In this document: positions 49,888 through 62,477 of the stretch, in pieces
How positions within the stretch are numbered: position 1 is the stretch's first letter
Layout: every line of letters starts with the position of its first letter
Assembly (NCBI GenBank): GCA_007115995.1
Contig: SKJI01000007.1
Location: 8,989-72,988, forward strand
DNA from: a candidate division SR1 bacterium
GTDB taxonomy: Bacteria; Patescibacteriota; Gracilibacteria; Absconditabacterales; Absconditicoccaceae
DNA: 64,000 nucleotides
Direction: 5' to 3'
The notes under the pieces: model-generated
What the model saw: only the letters and a program-made list of their open reading frames with translations
Database searches by the model: none
What the model was told of the DNA's origin: nothing
Position numbers and translations under genes: made by a program

Positions 49888-50826
49888 TTACTCTTCAACC
49901 AGACTATCATGGTGTTGTGCAAAGAGTTCTTTGATTGCAGGAGGAGAGTCATAAGCTGGGAAGAGGAGCTGATTGAGTGCAATAGTGCAATCTATAGTTT
50001 GTGCAATGGCACCATTATTGCTAGCATATGTATCTATTTCAGATTGTGTGTATCAATTTTTTAGGAGTATTGCTGTGATTTCTTCTAATGATGCAAGATG
50101 GTATGAATGTTCTACTTTTCTTCTTGTTTCATCATAAATACGTTTTCAGTCTTTAATAGAAAGAGCTATCTCAAATGGTTTTTGATCTTCTTTGTGAATA
50201 TAATGTACGTCGCTTGTAATGACAATTGCTGTTTGTGTCTCGTGAGCAAGTTGTTTAATAGTTTGATTAACAGTTTTGAGTGACTGATCCTTGTTTTCAT
50301 CGTGTGCACTAATCATACAGTATACTTGATTAGGATGTGTTGCTTGTTTCAGGAGTTGTAAGGTCTCATGTAATTTTTCAGAAGATTCATTGTGCATAAT
50401 AAGTTCTCCAAGCATACTACGAGGTGTTCATATAAGGCAGTATAGATCTGAACCGTATTGTTTGAGTGTTGTGATATCTATTCTTGGGATCTGTGAATAT
50501 CATTCCATTTGTGCAAATGAAATAAGTTCAAGAAGGTCTTGATATCATTTGGTTGTTTTTGCCAACAATACAAGATATCATCATGCATGATCGTTATGAT
50601 TGCGTGCATCATGGACACAAAATAATTCTACGCCAATGAGTGGCTTGATTGAGTGTTTTTCTGCTTTTTGATAAAATTCTATTGCACCGTAGAGACCATG
50701 ATAATCACTTAATGCACATGCATGCATTCATAAATCAGCAGCCTTTTGGAGATATCACTCTGGTGATCATATTGCTTCTAGCAATGAATAATGTGAGTGT
50801 ACATGCAAATGAATAAATCAACTCAT
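49888..50826 (-). CDS. DnaE-type PHP domain protein: the N-terminal ~310 aa of DNA polymerase III alpha, ending at a TAA
   Basis: FIHLHVHSHYSLLEAI(G)SPE, (G)MHACALSDYHGLYGAIEFY, IKPLIGVE, YLVLLAKTTK(G)YQDLLELIS, VITSDVHYI, LLFPAYDSPP. Stop at TAA 49888-49890. The convergent GT2 gene follows. Confidence 0.75.
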
Positions 50827-50907
50827 AACAAAAATATTAATAATCAAAGAGTGTAAGTATATCTATTCTCATATTGAATACAATATTCCATTGAGTATGA
50901 TAGAACT

Positions 50908-52953
50908 ATGTTTAGACAAGTAGGTTTTTTTTCTTTTCTTTTTTTCTTGAAGCTTGCATGCTGATATTTTTTCTCGTTTCCTGTATCTGCATCTACAGTA
51001 GTTTGATCTCTTAATCTACAGACTCGCCAAGAACGATGAGCAGATGAATCATTGAGATATGGAAGATGAGCAACAGTGACAACAAGCTTTAATCAAGAAG
51101 GAGATCAAACTGATTCAACAGCACCACTCAATAATCAAGAAAAAAATATTGTGAGAACAAGATTTCTCCAAGAGCAATTCCCACAATATATAATGCCAAC
51201 GCGTATTGAAACACATGAGTGATCAAATCGTTTGAGATGGCCATTACAGTATACCCCCAAAACATGAATTATATTACATCATACGGCTGATGGATTTGTA
51301 TACGAGTATCCACAACAAACATATCAGTATATTCGTGATATTTATCACTCACATGCTCGCCAAAGAAACCGATGAGATATTTGATATAATTATCTTATAG
51401 ATCCATTTGGCAATACATTTGAGTGAAGGGCTTGATGACCTACTGTTGCATGAGCGCATACTGCATGGAATAATGCAACAACAATATGAGTATCATTGAT
51501 GTGAAATTATCATCTTAGACAACCTTCACAAGCTATGTGGTCTGCACTTGTTAATCTGCTGACATACTTATCTGTAACATATGAAATCAATCCATGAGAT
51601 CGTCACACGTACTTTGAGGCAACAGACCAGTACCCGTTTATTGAAGTACTCAATAATTATGCATTAATAGGGCATAGAGATGCTTGAGACACTGTGTGTC
51701 CTGGTCAGTATGTCTATGCTGAGTTACCATCATTGAGAATGGAAATTATCCAGCGTTTACAACGATTAGATAGTCATGGTATTGAAGAGCTGCAGCTGGA
51801 AAATTTTGTACGTCGTGTAGAACCATTTATTCTATCAGGAGATACTGGAGTGTTGCGGTTTGATCGTCTCAACAATCATGCTGTATCATGCAAAAGTTTT
51901 ACTGCATCACAAGCTATAAGTTCCTGTCATTTGTTATGAGAAAAAATTCTCATCACTATACCGTATGTATGAGCTGGTTCATCTTGAAGACTTTCGTTAT
52001 GAATACAGCAATGACCAGCAGTACAGTTTTTGGATGTAGCTATAGTGTGGGAACAAGAATTTACTGAGTCGTTTTTACAAGATCATAATGCGCAGGTATC
52101 TTCAGCATTGAAACAAGATCAAGCCGTGCCTTTATCAGCACTATGGCATCATATGCAATCACCCATTTCTGTTTTATTGTATCAACCAACCGCTACGCTC
52201 AACACATGGGAATTTAGCTGTACGTGAACATGTACAGTGCTTGCAGGAGAGAGGTTTGTGCATAATCCATCTCATATACGTGTAGCAAAGGCAGGAGATC
52301 AAAGATTACAAATAATTATAGATGATGAGTTGATCTGGGCGCAGAGTTTTGGTATCAGTACTCTCTGATGAGAGATAATATTAGAAAATTTTACAAGAGC
52401 GGAACACTGAACTGCATTAAATAGGTTTCAGTGATCAATAACTATTACGTCTTCAAAACGACAAGATTTACAGTGAATACTTCATGAGTGATTTATTGTT
52501 GTCAATACCCTTGCTTTGGATGAGTATCTCCATGGTGTCTCAGAGTGGTCAGAACACTATACTGATCAAACATTAGAACTATTGGCAATACTTGCAAGAC
52601 AGTTTGCGTTATTATATCGTTCAGGAGCTATAAGGCATCCTGCAATACCACAATGAGTATGATATCATAGTATTGATCATCCTGAACTGTTTCAGTGATA
52701 TGTTTGAATATGACAAAAGGACTATGCTCAAAGACGATGAAGAGCAGTAGAAGCAAGTAGAGGAAAGTATGTCCTTCTTGAAGATAATGCAGTAAGACTT
52801 ATGCCCTTACTTCGCTATAAATCATGACTTTCTAGAGGCACAACTCTTGGGTTACGTGATGTTGATTATTGGTTGCATCAATGAGTATTGGCTCAAAGAG
52901 TGCTTGATCGATTTATGCCTGGTGTAACAATTGTTTCATGATATCTCTTTTAG
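50908..52953 (+). CDS. Secreted N-acetylmuramoyl-L-alanine amidase (Amidase_2/PGRP) fused to a SpoIID/LytB domain
   Basis: IILHHTA, HARQRN[CGA](G)DI(G)YNYLIDPFGNTFE(G)RA(G)(G), (G)AHTAWNN, L(M)(G)NY. Later VVNTLALDEYLHGVSEWSEHY and ARQFALLY. Confidence 0.8.
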
Positions 52954-52995
52954 TATACTCATTTGTATTATACGAGGAAAAATTCTTGAGAGTGA

Positions 52996-54618
52996 TTATG
53001 CTCAATTCTTTTTTTGTGCAGCATGTATAAATCATACAAAAAGAGGATGAGGATGTTCTATTGATGAGGTAAATTCTGGGTGTGCTTGCGTAGCAACATA
53101 AAATGCATGGTTCGTAATTTCTATAAACTCGACAAGTCATAGTGTAGCATCTTTTCAACAAAGGTGTAGTCATCACTGTTCCAAACGATCATAGTATGCA
53201 GGATTTACTTCAAATCTATGTCTATGTCTTTCTTGTATCGTATTTTTGTTTAAACGTTCTGGTCCATAGGTAGAATATAATGTATAAACACGAGAATCTG
53301 TATCTAGATGTGTTGTATAAGCTCCCAATCTCATTGTTCATCATTTGAGTAGCTCATCCGATTGTCATGGCATATAACTAATAACAGGATCTTGACAGTT
53401 TTGATCTGCTTCTACAGTATGAGCATGTTGTATCTTCAAGACATTCCTTGCATATTCAATAACTGCCATTTGTAATCATAGACACAATCACAGAAATGGA
53501 ATATTGTGTGTTCTTGCATACTGTGCAGCTGCAATTTTTCATTCCATTCATCTACTTCCAAATCACCCAGGAATAACCAACCCGTCAATACCATCCATAA
53601 TTGTCTGGAGTGTATCAGCATGAGTAAAGTCATCAGCTTGTAGTCGTTTGATAGTAATTTTTTTATGAAATACTATGCCAGCATGTTTGAGCGCTTCAGT
53701 AACACTCATATAAGAATCTTGTTGTTCTGCGTATTTTCAGACCATACCGATAGTGAGTTTGTCAGGTGCATGTAAAAGACTATCAACTTTTTGATTCCAT
53801 AAGGTTATATCTGCAGAAGATGCTCATAAACCAAAATGTTCTAAAATTATTCTATCTACTCCTTGTTCTTGAAAGAGTGCAGGAATTTGATAGATAGATT
53901 CTACATTACGGTTTTCTATTATTGCTGATGCATCAATATCACAAAATAAGCTCAGTTTTTCTTTGATCGATTCAGGGAGAGGATGTTCTGTTCTACATAC
54001 AAGCATATCAGCATGAATACCCATACTTGCTAAATTTGCATAAGAGTGTTGAATTTGTTTAGATTTAAACTCTCAAGAGTAGTTAAGATAGAGTACAGGA
54101 ACAACGTGAGCATACATCACGTTTTCTTTTCATAATGTTGCTTTCAATTGTCTTGCAGCTTCAATAAAATGAGGTCATTCTATATCTCATATAGTTCATC
54201 AAATTTCTATAATGGTAATATCATATTTTCTAGCAACGGTAAAAATTTGCTCTTTGACTTCATCAACCACATGAGGTATAACTTGAATATTTTTTCATAA
54301 GTAATGACCAATTCTTTCTTTCTCTAAAACAGTTTTGTATATTTTTCATGTTGTAATACTATTGTCTTTACTGAGTGGTGTATTGATAAATCTTTCATAG
54401 TGTCATAGGTCAAGGTCGGTTTCTCATCAATCTTCAGTCACAAATACCTCTCAGTGTTCATATGGAGACATTGTTCATGCGTCTATATTGAGATATGGGT
54501 CAAGTTTTATTGTGGAAACTTTAAATCAAGCAGCTGAGAGAAGTTTTCATATTGACGCTGCAGTGATTCATTTTCCTAATCATGAGATAACTCATCAGGT
54601 AACAAAGAGAAGTTTCAT
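52996..54618 (-). CDS. pyrG: CTP synthase
   Basis: LLFVT(G)(G)VIS(G)LGK(G)[15 protein letters not shown](G)TMSPYEH(G)EVFVTED(G)(G)ETDLDL(G)HYERF, IP(G)(G)FGSR(G)MEGKI, FL(G)LCL(G)[11 protein letters not shown]. 541 codons. Confidence 0.95.
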
Positions 54619-54624
54619 GGGTTG

Positions 54625-55395
54625 TTATATATCTAAGATAAAACTATATTTTTTGATGATTGTGATGAGTTTTTCTGCAAGTGCTTTATTCTCTTGTTTT
54701 GCTATATCATAGAGTCTATTGATACTTGTATGATGTTTACCAATTTTTATAATGTTTTCAAATATTTCAACTGCTCGCTGTTTATTTTTTTTGATAATTT
54801 TTTTAACTATTTCATATTCATAACGATTCACTTTTTTGTCAAAATTATACAACGTTTCCAAAATAGCTATTTCTTTACAAGCATATTTAAAACTGTATTT
54901 CCCAAACTTGATTGTTTCTAGATGTTTTTTGAAAGTGGGAAAGAGCGAAACTTTTTTGCTCGTATATTTTTTGAATGAAGCAGATTTATCTCATACAATA
55001 ATTTCATTTCCTTGTTTCATTTCAGTGACAATTAATATTTCATCTGGGATATCGAGATTTTTTAATTGGAATTCCATTGCTTTGACTCATCAAATATATC
55101 GATTTTTACCAACTGACTCATTACAGTGCTGATGGAGAATCATTCGATAATAGTCTTCGATTAATGCATCCATACTTATGACTATTGTTGGTTTAGTAGC
55201 CACAAAAATATTTTTCTTGAGAGAGATAAGATACTCTTTGTTTTTGAGATGATAGATAAGTTTGTAGGCTCTTTGATCTGTATACTGATCAGCCATAATC
55301 GTTTTGATAACAGCTTTGAGTTCATCAATATAAATGATTTTATTGCTGCGCTTTTGGAGCTTGTCTGCAACTGGTTGTAGATACGAATTTCTCAT
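54625..55395 (-). CDS. Hypothetical protein, weakly AbiEi-antitoxin/winged-helix-like
   Basis: Track ORFs 55090.. and 54625.. are one frame joined by TGA. N-terminus ..YIDELKAVIK..AYKLIYHLKNKEYLISLKKNIFV and ..[CGA]YI(G)(G)VKAME. Very Lys/Ile-rich. Confidence 0.3.
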
Positions 55396-55550
55396 ATAAA
55401 ACTATTTTAGTATAATTAAAGTAAAAAAAATATAATAATCTTTCTATAAAAATAAAGAGAAAGTTTCTATAAAAATATTATGGTTATGTCTCTTGCATTA
55501 TTTCTCAAAACTCATACATTACTATTGTTTAGTTATTTACAAAATTTGAC

Positions 55551-55823
55551 ATGGAACAATTAAGACTTGTACAGCCTTCAAAACTTACTTTTGAAAAAAG
55601 AATTTCTTATTCTCATATTAGTGCAGTATTTAAAAAAGTTAAACATACTCTACACGAAGTAGTCTTGGAGATTAATTCAAACAAGTTTTTATTGAATGTC
55701 AAAATCTGACTAAAAAAATTAGAGCAATTTGAAATAATTGCTGTCCAGTGATGCATTGATCTGTGAGTAAAAGTAATTAGACTCCTGAAAAAGATAGTTA
55801 CATCATTATACTTTGAGTACTAG
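55551..55823 (+). CDS. Hypothetical protein (90 aa)
   Basis: ATG 55551, TAG 55821-55823, four in-frame TGA. No homology. Confidence 0.3.
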
Positions 55824-55872
55824 GAATATTCATAGTTTCCTCTTAACATATTTTATTTTTTTCTTATCCCCA

Positions 55873-56199
55873 ATGGCAGTACATGATATAGTGTGAAAAG
55901 AACAACTTGATGCTCTCTTATCTCAAGATTGATTAGTTTTTGTAGATTTTTGGGCTGAATGGTGTGGTCCGTGTAGAATGTTATGACCAGTTTTACATGA
56001 AATTGCTGAAAAACATCCTACGGTACATGTTGCAAAAGTTAACGTCGATGAAGAAGCAAATGGACCATTAGCGATGGACTTTGCAGTAAGAAGTATTCCA
56101 CAAGTCACCATCTTCAAAAATTGACAACAAGTTGATCAATTTGTCTGAGCGCTACCGTTGGAACAAATTGAATCATATATTGAAAAATATTCTGGATAA
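55873..56199 (+). CDS. trxA: Thioredoxin
   Basis: VFVDFWAEWCGPCRML(G)P...VAKVNVDEE...SIPQVTIFKN(G)Q. Confidence 0.9.
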
Positions 56200-56203
56200 A
56201 CTT

Positions 56204-56776
56204 ATGATACACCATTCTTTCTATACCCCTACACAACGACAACAACAGCCAGAACGTGCTGTTGTTTTTCCTACTCAGGTGCATGGGTCGAGGATTGTGA
56301 CAGTGATTTCTTGAGCAGAGGATTGCACAGCAACAGATTGATTGTATGCGTATCATGGAAGTTGATGGGTTCTTGGAGTCAAGACAGCAGATTGTGCTGC
56401 AATTTCATTCGTGGATGATGTCGGGTATGGTATAATTCATGCGTGATGGAGATGACTTGTCAATGGTATTATCCCCTTGATGATGGATCGTTTTATTGAT
56501 CCAGTTATTCAGGTCTCTCCATTACTCCAATCATTTGAGATTCAACGTGATGCGTGTTATGAACAACTAAGCAAAGTAGTAGGTGATTCGTTTGTTGCAT
56601 ATCGTATGGTAGATGGAAAAGAAGTAATCATCTTTCATTTTCTTGCAGCAATACAATCGATTCTACCTCCAACAGCATCCTACGATAGAAGAGATACTGC
56701 TGCTACTCCTACACTTGCATCACGGAGAAGAGATAGAACATCCCAAAGAAATGTGACATGTATAGGAGAGTGGTAG
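56204..56776 (+). CDS. YfiH/PgeF (DUF152, laccase-domain) family protein, short form
   Basis: PTQVHGSRIV, ATD(G)LYA, L(G)VKTADCAAISF, IIHA(G)WR(G)LVNGI. Confidence 0.7.
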
Positions 56777-57181
56777 GGCGAGGTGTTTATAAAGCATAAT
56801 AAATAATTAAAGTATTTTTAGAAATACCACGTAATTTATCTGAAGAGTACATTGTTATGCATCAAAATCCATCTTATATATTAAGATCTTAGATTTCTTA
56901 GATTTCTTAGTATTACAACTACTTTTACATGATTATAAAGAATGAATTGATAATGAATCAGATCAGACAAGAGATGAATAGTTTCAGTTCTTTAAGTATA
57001 TCTCATTAGGCTAATAATTTTTTATTTGTAAGATAATTTTTTTTGAAGGAGATATAGTTTTATAGATAATCAAGAGAATAGAGCGATACGTAATTGTTGA
57101 ATATGATTGTTATAATCTATTATTTGTAAGGTTTTATATAATTATTACCTAATAGCACATTGTCTTACTTTTTCAAAAACC

Positions 57182-57955
57182 CTACAGTACTTGCTTATCA
57201 AATCAACAAGCAATGAGTTTTTCATAAGCATTCCAAACATGGTGTGGAATATCTTGCTTGATTTGGAATCATAAATCAGGATAGACAGCAATTCTATGTA
57301 AGTCTCACACCATACTATTTATTAGATCGTCCATCGTAATAAGTTCGTTTGGATATGAAGATAGTGCAATACGAGGTGATGATATGATAACCTCTTTTTC
57401 TGGTCGTTGAGCTTTCCATGTAGCAAAACTTCTTCTCTCCATATATGGTTTATGAACGAGGATGAATTTTTGAGGATCTACTCAATGATGAGTAAGCAGT
57501 TGTCTTGTTAAGGTGATATTTTCTCCAGTATTTGTTGATTGATCTTCGATAAGTATCGCTTCATATGGTACTCCTAGTTCACGTGCTCTTGTTGCATATT
57601 TTTTGGCTTCTGGTTCGTTTCGAAGTATTTTGCTCTTACGTCAGTATCATCAAGAAAATACTATAAAAGGGGCATATCATTCAAGAAATAACTGTGCTCA
57701 TCGTTCTGCGGTTCTTATATCAATGCTTCATAATACTACAATACAATCTGCTGGAGCAAGAAGATGATGCATGTGATGATACTCCCATAATACTTCTGCT
57801 CGTTGAAGTATTGTTTTGTCGATCATATATTTCTCGTGGTTCATCGAAATAAAATAATGAGCATAACTACTACAACCACCCAACATTATAACAGATAGTA
57901 TATCAAATACAAGTCCCCACATTTTCCCCAATTCTGCTCTTGCTCACAGGAGCAT
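57182..57955 (-). CDS. DUF218 (YdcF/ElyC/SanA-like) protein
   Basis: ADCIVVL(G)S.., FS(G)(G)Y(G), EPEAKKYATRARELGVPYEAILIEDQSTNTGENI. Alternative starts at 57931 (TTG) and 57922. Confidence 0.7.
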
Positions 57956-58061
57956 TTTTTGTATAGTAGAAGAGCCGATAAAGGTTTTCTATTCCTCTAA
58001 TCTCTGAGTTTTCTGCACCAAAAGTAGAAGTGAGATAATTTATTTATTTATTGTTTTTTAT

Positions 58062-59723
<1,662 letters not shown>

Positions 59724-59899
59724 TTCAGACTGTAAAGCATTTATCATAAAAAATGAGTAGTCAACTATTTTTTTCTAGAAAATACACTTGTAAATTATAC
59801 TCTGAATGAAGAGATTACTAATTTTGCTCTTTGCACTGTTTTCAGTATACTAAGAGTACTGATAATAGAATAATTTTTATTTGTAGTGAAGTTTGCTTG

Positions 59900-62368
59900 A
59901 TGATATTATCAATTGCTGAGCGTTTATGATGAGTACTTGCATCGATCTTTGGTACAAAGCAATCACAGAATAATTCTATATGTTTTGAAATTATCCCATA
60001 CAAAGAAAATGAGTTTGGGCAAGCACATTGGTGATCATTCCTTGCAAATTTTTCTAGTTTTCAGGAACATCTCTATTTTTCAATCGAATGAAACACGAAG
60101 CAGATCAAACTCTTTATGTATGCGCCAGAAAGCTATCAAGAATACATAAGAAATATTTTTTATGCAACATTTCCTACCAGTGATATAAAAATTCACCCAC
60201 AAAAATCACTCAAAAAACACCCATCTAATCTTAAATTTTCTCATGACAGTGTGTTTTATGAAACACATGAATTTATGAAATGATGAGAATATGTTGATCC
60301 ATTCAAAGATGTTCTTTCGCTTTTTTGATCAATTCCTCAAGAATGAACACTTTCGTTACTATATAGTTGTCAATTTAAGGTAAAAAAGACTTTTTTTCAA
60401 AAATGTTTAGCGTTGCGAAAGAAATTTTTTAGTAACGATAAAAGTGAAAAAAACACAAATGATAAAGAAGAAGTAAGTCAACAAGAAAATGTAAAAAAAG
60501 TTTGAAAAGATGTAATATTTGCTTTACAGTATTTTTTACATTTAGATCCGCAATGATATATAAATAAAGTAAATACAGACATTAATCATGTTTTTGATAA
60601 ATTTTTACAACAAGGAACAGTAAAGCCATCACAGTCTATTCATTGGGTGAGTACTAACTTAGATGCATTTATCAATCTCTTTCATATCCCAACTAAATCA
60701 TTCTTAAACAATACTTTACATTATATTCCATATCGTAAGTTAGAACATCCTGTTAATTTGCCAATGTTATCAAATACATCAAGTGATGATCTAACTATTT
60801 TATGAAAAACAGAATACAAAAACCAATGAATTGAGTTTGGTATCAAAACAGAAGATAAGTTTAGACATGTATATATTGTGTGAAAAACGTGAATGTGAAA
60901 ATCTACATTCATTTCAAATATGGTGAGAAGTGATATGCAGACTAATCATTGATTAGCAGTGATTGATCCTCATGGCGATCTTATTGATGATGTATTAGTA
61001 CATATTCCATCTCATCGTATCAATGATGTTGTGGTTTTTGATGTGAGTGATACTGCATATCCTGTCTGATTTAATATTTTGGAATTTAATACTCCTGAAG
61101 AAAAAACGCTCGTAGCATCTGCTGTTGTTTCAATCTTCAAAAAACTCTTTGCGCACAGTCGATGACCAAGATTAGAGTACATCCTCAGAAACGTTATGTT
61201 GTCTGTGCTTGACTATCCAAATACAACATTGATGCATGTGATGCGTATGCTCAACGACAAAAAATTTAGAGAAGAAGTATTGACACACGTATCTGATCCA
61301 GTTGTGATGAAATTTTGGAGAGATGAGTATGACAAACGACAACCAAGACAAGTTCAAGAGGCAGTCTGACCGATCGCAAACAAAATTTGACAGTTTTTAT
61401 CATCTCCAGTTGTGAGGAATATTTTTGCTCAGCCCAAGAGTAGTTTGCAGTTAAGAAAAATTATGGATGAAGGGAAAATATTGCTTATTAATCTTTCTAA
61501 ATGAAAGATATGAGAAGATAATGCGAGTATGCTGTGATCTTTTCTTGTCTCTAAATTCCAAATTGATGCTATGTCTAGAGCTGATGTAGATTATAATATG
61601 AGAAAAGATTTTTATTTGTATATTGATGAGTTTCAAAACTTTGCAACTGACTCATTTGAAAGTATCTTATCAGAAGCAAGAAAGTATCGTTTATCATTGA
61701 TTGTTGCAAATCAGTATACTTCTCAAATTCAAGAAAATGTCAGAAATGCAATTTTTGGGAATGTCGGGACTATCGTGAGTTTTGGTCTGTGATATGATGA
61801 TGCAATGCTTATGTCTCAACAGTTCAAAGAGCTTATTTCTCCCAATGATTTACTTTCATTGCCTAAATTTAAAGCATATGTAAAGCTTATGGTTGATTGA
61901 GTTACTACTGACCCTTTTACTATGGGGACATTTCCTCTACCATTACCTGAATCATGACCAGAAATTAAAGAAAAAATTCTCAAACAGTCAAGACAGCGTT
62001 ATGCAACTGAAAGAGAAAAACTTGAGTCGCTCTTGCAAGCTCGAATGGAAAAGCAGTTTACAGAGTCAGAAAAAGTCATCGAGAAAGTGCAACAAGAAAC
62101 TCTCAAACAAGATGGTACAACATTTAGTATAGATGATTTAAAAGTATGAGAACGATATGACTGATATGTGAAGCTAAAATATAATTATTGATTATTTGTG
62201 ACTGTAAAAGGTGTAGAGTGATTATTACATAAATCGTTGGTTAAGGTGCCAGACACCTTATCATCATGGAAAGACTTGTATGTTATTTGAGATAAGATAT
62301 CTGTCAAGGTTGACTGATTCAAAGAAATTGAGTGAGAAAAGAAAATTGTTTGGACGCAAAAAGATTAG
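59900..62368 (+). CDS. VirD4/TraD-type coupling-protein-like P-loop ATPase, paralog 2, with a C-terminal S1 RNA-binding domain (822 aa)
   Basis: Walker A HVYIV(G)KT(G)M(G)KSTF, VIDPHGDL, LLINLSK(G)KI(G), FYLYIDEFQNFATDSFESILSEARKYRLSLIVANQYTSQ. Tail V(G)E[CGA]YD(G)YVKLKYNY(G)LFVTVKGVE(G)LLHKSLV...V(I)(G)DKISVKVD. Codon-checked over 59939-60900. Confidence 0.75.
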
Positions 62369-62477
62369 TGAGAGCATTTTTTGAAAAAAAAGCAATAAAC
62401 ACAAGGAAAAATTTATTGCAAAACATTGATAAAATAGTACTGTTGATAAATACTCAGTTTATTATTTTTCTTATTTC

